Shown one piece after another: positions 10,718 through 20,956 of a DNA stretch of 64,000 nucleotides. The number at the start of each line of letters is the position of its first letter. The stretch's first letter is position 1. The stretch lies in the NCBI GenBank assembly GCA_963662285.2, contig CAXXMV010000008.1:384001-448000 (forward strand), read 5' to 3'. The position numbers were made by a program, and so were the translations under genes. The notes under the pieces are model-generated. The model did no database searches. It was not told where the DNA came from and saw only the letters and a program-made list of their open reading frames with translations. This stretch comes from a bacterium (lineage in GTDB: Bacteria; Hinthialibacterota; Hinthialibacteria; Hinthialibacterales; Hinthialibacteraceae).

Positions 10718-10756
10718 ATAGGATTTTCTAATAACTGTAGAGGTAACTCTTGTGAC

Positions 10757-10918
10757 GGGTGGCAAGGACAGTGTATTTTTCTGTCCTTGATTGAGGTCAC
10801 TTCATATATTTCAATACTTTTTTTACAATCTTCAATCTTCGTTGAAGACAGAATCAAGGTTGATCTTGTTTTTACAAAGTTTTAGTCAAGGGCAGAAAGG
10901 ACGCTGCCTTTGGCGCCC
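10757..10918. mobile_element. REPIN/MITE-like doublet of inverted family B hairpins
   Basis: GGGTGGCAAGGACAG-TGTATTTTT-CTGTCCTTGA, an AT-rich spacer, then the inverted copy TCAAGGGCAG-AAAGGACG-CTGCCTTTGGCGCCC. Confidence 0.7.
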
Positions 10919-10956
10919 TTATTTTTCTACCCATAACAATTTCCGGCAAAACCAAT

Positions 10957-12324
10957 TCAACTCAACAATAAAGCAACCCTATTAATAGGCTCTTCACTAA
11001 CCGGATCAATCATCAAGCGCGTCATCCTGATCTCTCCAGTTGGATTATAACCAGCCCTATGTATAACGGGCATCAATAAATCAAGCCAATGGTTCACTTT
11101 ATCTGATCCGCCTTTTATGTAGAAAACGATGACTCTTATTTCAGAAGTGGTTATCACCTCAACCCCATCCGGCGTCTTGTTCTGGTCAATCTTATCCGGT
11201 AAAGCAAGCATTAGATTAACTTCGTCTTCGGGCAACCGTGGATCATGCGAAATCTGAACCAATCCATTAGCGCACAAACCGGAGTTTCTCTGCGCATCAT
11301 ACAGTTTTTTATAGAGGATTTTCCTCCGCCAAAAATCATTGACTCTATCTCTCCTGGTTTGCAGTACAGCGTAAGTTTGCGGCGCAATGGTTTCGACTTT
11401 CCACTGGCTCACGCCATCTTCATCCAGCCCAAGATCATCTATCGGATCAGGGGGGATAGGTTGATCAGACCGCACATGCTGCAAGAGCCATTGATCCATC
11501 TCGCGTTGATCAACGGCCTGCCTTAGATCATGGTCAACGCCTGGCAACAATGAACTCTTTACATCCACGCCATTCTCTTCAAGAGATGTCAACATTGTCT
11601 CAGCATAAAACATTGGGATGATGCGATCATCAATACCGTGTATCATCCATACGGCAATATTCTTCAAACGCGACGCCCGCCAGGCAGCTCCCCCACCGGA
11701 ACATGGAGCGATGGCTGCGAAATACTCTGGATTATGCATAGCCCATTGAAAAGCCCCAAAGCCCCCCATGCTGTGTCCTTTGATATAAACGCGATCTTCA
11801 TCAATGGGTAATATTATCTCTAACTCATCCAACATACCATTCAAGGCGGAGATATCCCAACCGCTTCGCTCACTAACCGGATAAACCTGTATATATGGCA
11901 ATGATTCCGGTTGCGAGGTGAAATTGATTGGTTGTTGAACTGCATCTCCGCCATGCAATTCAATTATTAATGGGTAAGGTTTAGTTGATTGTCCAAAATC
12001 AGCTGGTAAAGTTAATAAACAATTAATTATGCTGCTTGATCGAGAATCAGTTCCTGCAAGTGTATAGGGAACTTGCGCCCCGGCATGCTGCGCCAAGAAG
12101 TTTGATTTATCAGCCAAAGAATCACATAATTCGGTGGCGTATTGTACCATTTGATTCGCCCATGAATCGATTTCTATTATTGGTGAGTACAGTTGATTAA
12201 CAATCCAACCTATAACTCCAGGCATGATTTTGCGCCAAACTGGATCAAGATAACCAAAATCAACGTCATCAATCAATTTTTTAATACACTGCTCTCTATC
12301 TTCATTCAATCGCTCAAGCGTCAT
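10957..12324 (-). CDS. Alpha/beta-hydrolase (esterase/peptidase) with possible C-terminal GyrI-like domain
   Basis: YPLIIELHGG, GHSMGG nucleophile elbow, HG..D and DH catalytic residues; the ~160-aa C-terminus resembles a GyrI-like fold. Confidence 0.7.
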   Translation of the reverse strand: MTLERLNEDREQCIKKLIDDVDFGYLDPVWRKIMPGVIGWIVNQLYSPIIEIDSWANQMVQYATELCDSLADKSNFLAQHAGAQVPYTLAGTDSRSSSIINCLLTLPADFGQSTKPYPLIIELHGGDAVQQPINFTSQPESLPYIQVYPVSERSGWDISALNGMLDELEIILPIDEDRVYIKGHSMGGFGAFQWAMHNPEYFAAIAPCSGGGAAWRASRLKNIAVWMIHGIDDRIIPMFYAETMLTSLEENGVDVKSSLLPGVDHDLRQAVDQREMDQWLLQHVRSDQPIPPDPIDDLGLDEDGVSQWKVETIAPQTYAVLQTRRDRVNDFWRRKILYKKLYDAQRNSGLCANGLVQISHDPRLPEDEVNLMLALPDKIDQNKTPDGVEVITTSEIRVIVFYIKGGSDKVNHWLDLLMPVIHRAGYNPTGEIRMTRLMIDPVSEEPINRVALLLS

Positions 12325-12574
12325 TATTCCCTCAATCTACATATATTCGCTTAATTATCAACCAAATTATTTTTGATAATCGTCTTTGAAATTAATATAT
12401 ATAATAATCTCTAGCCATAATAGTTAACTATACGATATTATTTAATTAGGGAAATTGCGGTCTACTGTACAGCTATATTCTGCGATGCGAAATGTTAAAA
12501 TATCTTTATTATTTATATATTATGGTTCACCCAATTTCTATCAACAATTATCTCATGGGAGAAAGGACATTTAA

Positions 12575-13927
12575 ATGTCAAAGAAAAGCAATCAATCTCG
12601 CCGGGATTTCTTAAAAACCACTGGCAAATCCGCATTTTGGCTCAGCATGGCGACAGCAGCGCCCAGCATAGTACCTAGTAGTGTTATTGGAGCGGATGCG
12701 CCTAGCGATAAACTAACGGTTGGCTGTATCGGACTCGGATGGCGCGGCTCAGATCATGTGGAAGGCGCCATGCGCAACCCAAACACCCAAATCGCCGCTC
12801 TATGCGATCTGGATCGTCCATACTTATTGCACGCCATGAAAAGACTGGATGATAATGATGGCATCGACCGTGAATGGATCGAAGGCCGCGGCAGCCAGAT
12901 GAAACGCCCTACGTTGCCCCCCAAAGCGGTTGAAGGTTATGAACGTTATGAGCGCCTCCTTGAGCGCAAAGACATTGATGGCGTATTCATAGCCGTGCCG
13001 GATCACTCTCACGCCCGTCTTTATATCGACGCCATGCAAGCTGGTAAAGACGTCTACGGTGAAAAACCCCTTACTTTAACTATTAACCAGGGACGCGACC
13101 TGGTTCGGGTAGCCCGCGAAACCGGATGCGTTTTCCAGACCGGCAGCCAGCAACGATCCGACGCTAAATTCCGCCAAGCCTGTGAATACGTACGAAGCGG
13201 CCGTTTAGGTAAAATCCACACTGTCCTGGTCGGCGTTGGCGGCGCCCCGCAGCGTGAAGGAGTACCCGATGAAATAGTACCTGCCGGATTAAACTGGGAT
13301 GGATGGCTCGGCGCCGCTCCCAAAGTTCCTTATAATCCCCTACGTCAACGCGTTGAGTTCCGTTGGTTCTTCGAATACTCCGGCGGCATGGTAACCGACT
13401 GGGGCGCGCATCACCTTGATATTACCCAGTGGGGTCTGGGCATGGATGGTTCCGGTCCTTTATCCGTAGAGGGATCAGCCGAAGTTGCGCCCGGATATTT
13501 CAACACCTTCACCAGTTTTGATTTCACTTTCCAATATCCCGACGATATCACTGTAAGGTTTGGTCCTGGCAGCAGAGGCGGCATTACTTTCCAGGGTGAA
13601 AAAGGCGAAATCTGGGTTACCCGAGGCAAGATAGAAGCCAATCCAACCAGTATCTTTGAAGAACCGCTTACCTCTTCCGATGTAAAACTGTATAAAAGCG
13701 ACGACCACATTCAGGATTGGGTAAATTGCGTTAAAACCCGTGAACGTCCTATCTGTGACGTCGAAATCGGTCACCGCTCCGTTTCAGTCTGCCATTTGGC
13801 CAACATCTGCGGTCACCTGGGTCGCAAACTGGAATGGGACGCCAAAAACGAAATCTTCATCAACGATACCAATGCCAACCAGATGCTGGATCGTGAAGAA
13901 CGCGACCCATATCAACACATGAGATAA
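12575..13927 (+). CDS. Tat-exported Gfo/Idh/MocA oxidoreductase
   Basis: SRRDFLK Tat motif, IGLGWRG, GEKP, QTGSQQRS, DWGAHHLD. Confidence 0.92.
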   Translation: MSKKSNQSRRDFLKTTGKSAFWLSMATAAPSIVPSSVIGADAPSDKLTVGCIGLGWRGSDHVEGAMRNPNTQIAALCDLDRPYLLHAMKRLDDNDGIDREWIEGRGSQMKRPTLPPKAVEGYERYERLLERKDIDGVFIAVPDHSHARLYIDAMQAGKDVYGEKPLTLTINQGRDLVRVARETGCVFQTGSQQRSDAKFRQACEYVRSGRLGKIHTVLVGVGGAPQREGVPDEIVPAGLNWDGWLGAAPKVPYNPLRQRVEFRWFFEYSGGMVTDWGAHHLDITQWGLGMDGSGPLSVEGSAEVAPGYFNTFTSFDFTFQYPDDITVRFGPGSRGGITFQGEKGEIWVTRGKIEANPTSIFEEPLTSSDVKLYKSDDHIQDWVNCVKTRERPICDVEIGHRSVSVCHLANICGHLGRKLEWDAKNEIFINDTNANQMLDREERDPYQHMR

Positions 13928-13971
13928 ACCAATAAGTTATATTCACTATAATTATTCCACACAGATAAGCC

Positions 13972-14001
13972 AAAGGGAGAGACTACGGTCTCTCCCTTTT
14001 T
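13972..14001 (+). terminator. Intrinsic terminator
   Basis: AAAGGGAGAGAC-TACG-GTCTCTCCCTTTTT perfect stem plus T tract. Confidence 0.85.
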
Positions 14002-14123
14002 GCATCTTAAACAGTGAGCATAATTGTACAAAACTAAAGTACACCCACATATAAATTAGACAGACAAGATTGTGAAGTGCTTTTCAAATAAGGTTATAAT
14101 CATAATCGAACAAATTTTATGCC

Positions 14124-14348
14124 TCACAGGTAATCTTTAAGTTTATCTTCAGAGAGTCGAATATCTCTAAGGACTTTTCGTAAAAGACTTCGTTTTATAT
14201 CTTTTGAGTGTATAGAAACCGTTGTATGACGACCATCTTCATGGAAAAAGAATGCATGACTTCCCCGCTGGCGTTTTTTCTCAAATCCCAGGAGTTTCAA
14301 AACACGAACAAGTTGTCGAGGCGTAATTATTGGAAGGCGATCACTCAT
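14124..14348 (-). CDS. hicA: HicA-family mRNA interferase toxin
   Basis: 74 aa, LGF..RQRGSH motif, basic; start overlaps the hicB stop. Confidence 0.88.
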   Translation of the reverse strand: MSDRLPIITPRQLVRVLKLLGFEKKRQRGSHAFFFHEDGRHTTVSIHSKDIKRSLLRKVLRDIRLSEDKLKDYL

Positions 14349-14590
14349 GCTGTTTGTAGGTGGACGAGAACCGGCTTGACATAGGTGTTGCTTTCTGGAT
14401 TATTTTCCAGAGGTATATTTTTCCCTATTTCTTGCAAACCTTCCAAGCAACACATGACGGCTTCTTTTATATTAAGTTCTACTTCTTCCTGCGTCTCTCC
14501 TTGTGTATGGCAATGGAGAGCGGGGACGCTGGCAATCCAGCCGCCGTCTTCGTCGTCTCTTTCATAGATAACCGTATATTGATAATCCAT
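14345..14590 (-). CDS. hicB: HicB-family antitoxin (short, no DNA-binding domain)
   Basis: GGWIASVPAL-CHTQGET-EE-NIKEA partial RNase H fold; GAGG RBS before ATG 14590. Confidence 0.88.
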   Translation of the reverse strand: MDYQYTVIYERDDEDGGWIASVPALHCHTQGETQEEVELNIKEAVMCCLEGLQEIGKNIPLENNPESNTYVKPVLVHLQTA

Positions 14591-14660
14591 TGGAATCCTC
14601 ATTATCCTTAGGCGTTATGATACTATTATAATACAAAAACGGAGAATTTTGCACAGACGA

Positions 14661-14691
14661 GTAGGATGACAAAGCGATAGCGTGTCCCATC
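14661..14691 (+). repeat. GTAG-type REP family E (GTAGGATG...CCCATC)
   Basis: Related to ~56950-56980 and to the inverted copy at ~28125-28154. Confidence 0.55.
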
Positions 14692-14702
14692 GTTTTATCT
14701 TC

Positions 14703-15620
14703 TCACCCGTTCTGCATAGCAATAATATCCTCATACTTAGGCGCAGAAGGTTGGGCGCCCAGTTTGGTCACCGACAGCGCTGCGGCGGCGTTGGCGAACG
14801 AAACCGCCTGGCTTAGAGTCTTTCCATCAGCCAAACCGACAGCCAAGGCGCCGTTGAAAACATCTCCCGCCGCCGTGGCGTCAACCGCTTTAACCACATA
14901 ACCTTCGACCAGTTCTTTCATATCAGAACTTACTATATAAGCTCCTTTAGAACCAAGCGTCACAATGACTACATCAACCCCTTTAGCCATCAATATCTCA
15001 GCGGCGCGAGCTGCGTCTTTCTCATTCTCGACTTTAACGCCAGTCAGCAACTCCGCTTCCGACTGATTGGGAGTCAATATTGATACTTTACTGAGCAACT
15101 CATCGCTCAATTGCTGGGCTGGAGCGGGATTAAGAATGATCTTGATATTATTACGGGCGGCAATATCAGCTGCCGCTTCGACTGTCTCTATGGGAATCTC
15201 CAGTTGCATCAAAAGAATATCGGCTGAAGTGATTTTAGATTCTGCTTTACGCATATCATCGGGAGACAAGTTCCCATTAGCGCCAGAAGCAACCGCGATG
15301 CTGTTTTCTCCATCATCAGCCACCAGAATCTGCGCCACCCCCGATGGCGCATCGGGATCGCGCACAACGCATTCAACATCGATGCCGTCTTCTATAAATC
15401 CCTGCACCGCCTGTTGGCCGAACATATCCTGCCCCACGCGGGCAATGAACGAGACATCACCTCCCGCCCGCGCAGCGCCAACCGCTTGATTGGCGCCCTT
15501 GCCTCCGGCGGCGGTGGTAAATACGCCGCCTAAAATGGTCTCTCCCGGCTTGGGAATCCAGGGAACCTTGATAATCATATCTGTATTGGAACTGCCGACT
15601 ACTGCAATTTTTTTGCCCAT
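14703..15620 (-). CDS. rbsK: Ribokinase
   Basis: VVGSSNTD, GGKGANQA, NPAPA, DATAAGDVF and GAQPS PfkB signatures. Confidence 0.95.
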   Translation of the reverse strand: MGKKIAVVGSSNTDMIIKVPWIPKPGETILGGVFTTAAGGKGANQAVGAARAGGDVSFIARVGQDMFGQQAVQGFIEDGIDVECVVRDPDAPSGVAQILVADDGENSIAVASGANGNLSPDDMRKAESKITSADILLMQLEIPIETVEAAADIAARNNIKIILNPAPAQQLSDELLSKVSILTPNQSEAELLTGVKVENEKDAARAAEILMAKGVDVVIVTLGSKGAYIVSSDMKELVEGYVVKAVDATAAGDVFNGALAVGLADGKTLSQAVSFANAAAALSVTKLGAQPSAPKYEDIIAMQNG

Positions 15621-15651
15621 GATTTATGTCCTTATATAATCCACTGAATTA

Positions 15652-16656
15652 TCAGGAAGCGCCTGAAACGATAACCAAAATGATGCCGAGAATAAAGAAA
15701 GCGAACATCAACATGACTAACAGGTTGGCGCCTTGTTTGGCGTCTTTGAACTCTTTCCAGATAAAGACTCCCCAGAAGGCAGCCACCATGGTCGCGCCTT
15801 GTCCCAGACCATACGAGATAGCGGAACCCGCCGCCCCGGAAGCGATGTTGGCGAATGACATACCGATGCTCCAGATCACTCCGCCCAGGATGCCGATCAA
15901 ATGCAGGCGCAGATTTCCTTTACTGAAATAGTCGCCCAATGGTACAGGTTCGCCCACGAAAGGCTTGGCCATAACCAGCGTGTTGAAGATGAAATTAGAG
16001 AGGAATATACCTAGCGAGAATACAACCACTGCGGCGTAAGGCTCCATCAATCCGGCTTCGGGCTGGGCGAAATCGGTCGCCATAGCGGCTTGCACCAGGT
16101 AGAAGAACAGCCCCATCAATATACCTGCGGCGACCGAAATGACAATCCCCTTGCCTATGGTTTTCTGACCTTGCGATGGAACGCGACTGTAGGCGACCGA
16201 ATCGAGGATGATGGCAATCATGATGCATGCCACTCCGGCGAAAAGCATGACGGCGTTTCCCTTCGGCTCAGCGATATAGTTGACCAGCACGCCTTCGACT
16301 AAGGCGATGCCGATTCCAATAGGGAACGCGACCGACATACCCGCAATGTCTATTGCGGCCACCAGTAATATATTGGCGATATTAAAAACAATACCGCCCA
16401 CAAAGGCGTATCCAATGGCATTAAGCGAGGCCTGGCTTATATCAGCTATAAAACCGCGGCCCGCGCCGCCCATGCTGCCCAGGGTTAAAGCAAAAACCAC
16501 CGCCAAAAGCAGCACGCCTATGGAATAATCCCAATAAAAAAGTTGAAAGCGCCATTCCTTACTGGCCAATTTTTGGGTATTAGCCCATGATCCCCAACAT
16601 AACATCGTGATGAAACACATAACCACTGCAACTGAATATGATTCGACGATGACCAT
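15652..16656 (-). CDS. GRP/DMT-superfamily sugar (probably ribose) transporter
   Basis: About 10 TM helices, CWGSWANT and WGVFIWKEF motifs, GGAGG RBS, directly upstream of rbsK. Confidence 0.8.
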   Translation of the reverse strand: MVIVESYSVAVVMCFITMLCWGSWANTQKLASKEWRFQLFYWDYSIGVLLLAVVFALTLGSMGGAGRGFIADISQASLNAIGYAFVGGIVFNIANILLVAAIDIAGMSVAFPIGIGIALVEGVLVNYIAEPKGNAVMLFAGVACIMIAIILDSVAYSRVPSQGQKTIGKGIVISVAAGILMGLFFYLVQAAMATDFAQPEAGLMEPYAAVVVFSLGIFLSNFIFNTLVMAKPFVGEPVPLGDYFSKGNLRLHLIGILGGVIWSIGMSFANIASGAAGSAISYGLGQGATMVAAFWGVFIWKEFKDAKQGANLLVMLMFAFFILGIILVIVSGAS

Positions 16657-16828
16657 ATTAACCTCCATTTAAGTATTACAAATTTAGAGAATCGCTTTTA
16701 ACAATATTCTCACATCACAGATGATGGTTCAAGAGATCAAAGCGATTGTTGCTGATGACGCTATGACCAACTAATTGTACAGTGTAACAACGTCCCCTCG
16801 GTTAAATTCAGGTCAAGACCCATTATAC

Positions 16829-16923
16829 GTAGGGTGCGCCCCTTGTGGGCGCCCGATTAGACCGACGGCCTGGGAATTAAAAAAGATGATTCATAGCCGG
16901 ATAACCACAAGAGTTACCCCTAC
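16829..16923. repeat. REPIN-like doublet of two inverted GTAG REPs
   Basis: GTAGGGTGCGCCCCTTGTGGGCGCCC ... GGATAACCACAAGAGTTACCCCTAC: the same two REP types as in the 30896 array. Confidence 0.75.
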
Positions 16924-16959
16924 AATTATTTAATAATTGTAATATTTAGATAATAATAC

Positions 16960-16986
16960 TAAAACTTAGGTTTGATCGGTCGAGAA
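16960..16986 (+). promoter_or_regulatory. Putative sigma28 (FliA)-type promoter
   Basis: TAAA-N15-GTCGAGAA versus consensus TAAA-N15-GCCGATAA. Confidence 0.4.
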
Positions 16987-17178
16987 TATATAAGATTATA
17001 TGATATGTAATTTATTTTAAGGTTGAGCAGGCGGTTTCGTGGTTAGAGTAGAGTTTATAACATAGTTCATTTTCGCGTTTCATTAATCACTCAGAATAGG
17101 CATTATTGAAAACGAAACGTGATTATCAACCGACGTAATTTCGAGAACAACTCTAATTAAAAGCCGAAAGGAATCGCC

Positions 17179-17652
17179 ATGTTTGATCAAAAACTTAATC
17201 GCATCATCGAGAGTATTAATGATTTAATGATTCTATGCACCGATAAAGAATTCGCCTTCCGCTTTATTTCCACCAAATCATTCGATCCGGGAACCCTGCT
17301 TATCATTTTAACTTCACTGGCTATTTTGGTTGTTTCCGTCATTTTCTTATCATACCGATATCAACGCTGGAAACGATACAACGTATTTGTTGAAGAAATG
17401 AAATCACTGCAACTCGATCCGGATTCTGAAGGAACCTTGGCCTTTATGGTTAAAAGCCAGGCCATGGACGAACCAGTAAAAGTGCTGATGTCCGCCCAGA
17501 AATTTGATGACATGGCGCAAAAAGAGATGGTGCGGGTGCTAGGCAGCGAGGGATCAATTCAAGCAAAAGAGGCCTTCATCAATAGCGTTTATAAAATACG
17601 CAACACAACCTACCGTCCACCATACCGGTTTGATGAAAATGATGATTATTAG
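17179..17652 (+). CDS. Hypothetical single-pass membrane protein
   Basis: 157-aa ORF with AAGGA RBS, one TM helix and a downstream terminator. Confidence 0.7.
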   Translation: MFDQKLNRIIESINDLMILCTDKEFAFRFISTKSFDPGTLLIILTSLAILVVSVIFLSYRYQRWKRYNVFVEEMKSLQLDPDSEGTLAFMVKSQAMDEPVKVLMSAQKFDDMAQKEMVRVLGSEGSIQAKEAFINSVYKIRNTTYRPPYRFDENDDY

Positions 17653-17706
17653 AGCGGTACTCAAAACCTTTCGGTTTTTAACACAATTACAATAAATTTA
17701 AAAAGC

Positions 17707-17748
17707 ACAGTCCAGCAAATTCTTATCTAATTCGCTGGACTGTTTTTT
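17707..17748 (+). terminator. Intrinsic terminator
   Basis: ACAGTCCAGC...GCTGGACTGT stem plus T tract. Confidence 0.7.
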
Positions 17749-17772
17749 GTCTGAATCTGGATTTTCTCTGGC

Positions 17773-17865
17773 GGGTGGCAAGGGCAAGACCGCAATGCGG
17801 TCAGCCCTTGATCAAACCACCCATTGTAAGGTAAAAGCCACTTAAGTTAATGACATTGCCTTTGA
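17773..17865 (+). repeat. Family B element, long-loop subtype
   Basis: Homologous to 553-656. Confidence 0.7.
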
Positions 17866-17905
17866 TTGACGCCCGATATATCCAATTACTATCATAATCA
17901 AACTA

Positions 17906-19873
17906 TCATTTCTTCAAAACAGGAATCTCAATCAAACAAGCGCTGATTGGTGGAATCATAATTGGTTCCATACAATTTTCAATCTTGACTTTTTTGATAA
18001 CCACATCATCATCCCGCCCTGGTTGGTTATAAGCCAACTTATCGTCGCCGGATATATACCGCATGACCGCCTTATTGGACAATACCGCGCCATTCACATC
18101 AAGAGATATGGCGACAGCTTGTAAGGTTGGATTGACGACAGAAACAGTGATCGACTTGGAATTTGACGTCAAAGCGGCGGCAATATCTATGGGACGCGAG
18201 AAGCCGCTGACTTCGACTGGAATTTCACCGTAGTGATTTCGGTATAATTTCAGCGCAAGCCCGGTTGTTGCGAATGAAGCCTCGGTTTTATTGGTTTTTA
18301 TGGCGCCAATCACATTAACCGTTTGAGCGTAATTGGCCATGAAATACATATCGCTGTTACGGTAATATTCATGCAAACCAACCGCAACGCCTAATGCATC
18401 CTGCAGATAATAACGCACGCCCAACTCTCCATAAATATATGGGCCATACCAGTAATTCCATTCATCCATGGCGATTCTAATATCTTTGTTTTTCAGAGAA
18501 TCAATCTTTTTACGGTATTCGCGGTGAGAATCAGCGCGGCTTTTGATATCATCAGCCAGTTGAAAAACATGTTCAACCAAATCTTCTTTATCTTTGCGGT
18601 AGATATGCTCGCTCAGTAACGCCATGTGATCGGCGCAATGAGTCAGCATGGTTTGGCTCCACTCTCCCACTGCCCCTACCGCAATAAGTTGGATGCTAGG
18701 ATCAACTCGACGCATGGCTTCAGCGCATTTATTGTGTTTATTGACATAATCGCTTAATGGCATGTGACCCAGTTGCCAACTGCCGTACATCTCATTGCCA
18801 ACCGCCCACCATTTGACATTATATGGTTTGGCATGACCGTTCTCAGCACGCAGCTTGCCCAAAACCGTATCGGTTGAACCATTGCAATATTCAACTTCTT
18901 CGCCAGTCTCTTCTATCGTTCCCATACCGGTATTGACGGCAATGTACGGTTCTGTATCTAATTTTTTACACAGATTCATAAATTCATGAATCCCCACATC
19001 ATTAGACTCGATGCCGGTCCAGGCGGGATTTTTTCGTGGAGGCCGCTGATCGCGATCCCCAATGCCGTCTTTCCAGTTATAGTCGCTGACAAAGTTCCCT
19101 CCCGGCCAGCGGTAGACCGGAGAATCCAATTCTTTCATCAGTTTCAATGTATCATGGCGGAAACCATCATCATTATCGGCGGGCATCAGAGATACAGTTC
19201 CAATTCTAAATGCACCCTGCCCCATTCCAATGATCTGCAAACTACCTTCGGAGGTTGTTTTTTTAGACTTAAATTTGAAAGAATATTTGGCGTAATCACT
19301 GGATAGTTTAGATATAGTTTTTGTTTCACTATCCTTTTCATCATCACCCCATACCAGTTTTATCTGGATAGGCAATGCTGTGGCATCGCCCGATAAAACA
19401 ATCCGGCCCTCATATTTACGGCCTTTTTCGAGCGCCAATTGGCCTTGTTCAATCCCGGCGGGAGCGCCATTACTAAGATTTATTTCCGGAGTTTGTTCTC
19501 CTACATACGAGCCGTCTTTAATCATGCGCACCGTATTCGTTTTGCCAATCACTTTCCACGGCGATCCAGTCAATTCAGGAAAATCGCCACCCTTCCAATG
19601 TCCATTATCTGTAGCAACCGACCAGGGTTTAAACTCATCTTTAATCGGAAAGTAAAACTTGCGGTCCTCCAACATCTCCGCCCAGATGCCGCCATAGATG
19701 CACCGGCCTAAATGCTCAATGAACTGACCATATATATATTTCGATATCGGCTCACTGGTCTTGCTGATATCAATCGATATTCTCTGCGCCTCTGAAATCG
19801 ACTCAGAACTATAGACAGTTCCTCCAAACACCGTAATCACAATAGCGAATATCATCAGTTTTCTAAGAATCAT
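17906..19873 (-). CDS. Alpha-L-arabinofuranosidase (GH51)
   Basis: YGQFIEHLGRCIYGG, RWPGGNF, VGNE, DEWNYW, ANYAQTVNV motifs; signal peptide. Confidence 0.93.
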   Translation of the reverse strand: MILRKLMIFAIVITVFGGTVYSSESISEAQRISIDISKTSEPISKYIYGQFIEHLGRCIYGGIWAEMLEDRKFYFPIKDEFKPWSVATDNGHWKGGDFPELTGSPWKVIGKTNTVRMIKDGSYVGEQTPEINLSNGAPAGIEQGQLALEKGRKYEGRIVLSGDATALPIQIKLVWGDDEKDSETKTISKLSSDYAKYSFKFKSKKTTSEGSLQIIGMGQGAFRIGTVSLMPADNDDGFRHDTLKLMKELDSPVYRWPGGNFVSDYNWKDGIGDRDQRPPRKNPAWTGIESNDVGIHEFMNLCKKLDTEPYIAVNTGMGTIEETGEEVEYCNGSTDTVLGKLRAENGHAKPYNVKWWAVGNEMYGSWQLGHMPLSDYVNKHNKCAEAMRRVDPSIQLIAVGAVGEWSQTMLTHCADHMALLSEHIYRKDKEDLVEHVFQLADDIKSRADSHREYRKKIDSLKNKDIRIAMDEWNYWYGPYIYGELGVRYYLQDALGVAVGLHEYYRNSDMYFMANYAQTVNVIGAIKTNKTEASFATTGLALKLYRNHYGEIPVEVSGFSRPIDIAAALTSNSKSITVSVVNPTLQAVAISLDVNGAVLSNKAVMRYISGDDKLAYNQPGRDDDVVIKKVKIENCMEPIMIPPISACLIEIPVLKK

Positions 19874-20334
19874 TATTAGTCTCCTCAGTTGGCTTTTGAT
19901 TTTGATCTATCTTTATTAAACACAAGAATAAATGAAATTGCTTCAAAAAACTATCCTTAAACCATAATCAAAACAAACAGAGACCAGACTTGCCATAATC
20001 TATCTTTTTCAGTTCATAAACCGGGATATGAATAATAATATTAAGATATAAATAAATACTAAATAATTATTCTGAAAGTAATTATTTTCCAATAATATTT
20101 AACGATTTTGATAAATTTATCATTATAACACTCGCTTAACCTGATCTATAAATGAAATAAAAGAACTGGACGCTCCTTTATTTAAGTCTATATTATGTTT
20201 ATATTATATATAATTTATAATACTATTTATGTACATTAAATTACTATACGCTCAACGCACAAACTATTTATAAATACGTATAAAAATTATGGAATACATA
20301 TATAAATAGCGAAAACAATGGATCAAGGTTATAT

Positions 20335-20350
20335 TGGTCTTTTTATTGCT
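20335..20350 (+). promoter_or_regulatory. Putative sigma54 -24/-12 promoter of cheW-mcp
   Basis: TGGTCT-TTTTA-TTGCT with exactly 10 nt between GG and GC. Confidence 0.45.
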
Positions 20351-20417
20351 ACTAAAAAAACAATTATATTTTTGAACTTTGTAATATTATTTTATTTATA
20401 ACCCGGGGAGTTTCAAC

Positions 20418-20906
20418 ATGAATAGCACAAGTAAAGATATCCATTTCTCTGATCATTTCCTCTGTTTTACCTTAGATGACAAAGAATACGGAGTTCCAAT
20501 GTCATGGGTAAAAAAGTTGGTTCTTTATAAGGATTGGTCTTTATTTGAATCAACCCCGCAATACCAAGATGGAGTATTCCTTCACCACGATCAGCATATT
20601 CCACTGCTGGATCTTCGTAAATTCCTCCGAGTAAAAGATAGACCTAAAGGTTCTTTGGCCAGCATCATTATCCTCGAAATTAATGGGGTCGTTTATGGCG
20701 TTATTGTTGATGTCATTGCAGAGACAGTTAATTTTGAAAAAAATATAATAGATTTCGACGATCCCTTTCTCTCATATTTAAATACAGACTTTATCTATGG
20801 AATTGCACAGCATGCTATGAGCAGCGTGGTTTTGTTAAGAATGGATAGGATTATCGCTGAGCAGATTAGAATAATCCAAGAATCCGCTCTTGCATCGGTT
20901 ATTTAA
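20418..20906 (+). CDS. cheW: CheW-like chemotaxis coupling protein (divergent)
   Basis: FLCFTL..KEYGV, IPLLDLR and GVIVD patterns of CheW. Confidence 0.75.
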   Translation: MNSTSKDIHFSDHFLCFTLDDKEYGVPMSWVKKLVLYKDWSLFESTPQYQDGVFLHHDQHIPLLDLRKFLRVKDRPKGSLASIIILEINGVVYGVIVDVIAETVNFEKNIIDFDDPFLSYLNTDFIYGIAQHAMSSVVLLRMDRIIAEQIRIIQESALASVI

Positions 20907-20956
20907 TAAATGATATAACTCATAAAACATACTACATCTTAAGGATACGCGTACTC

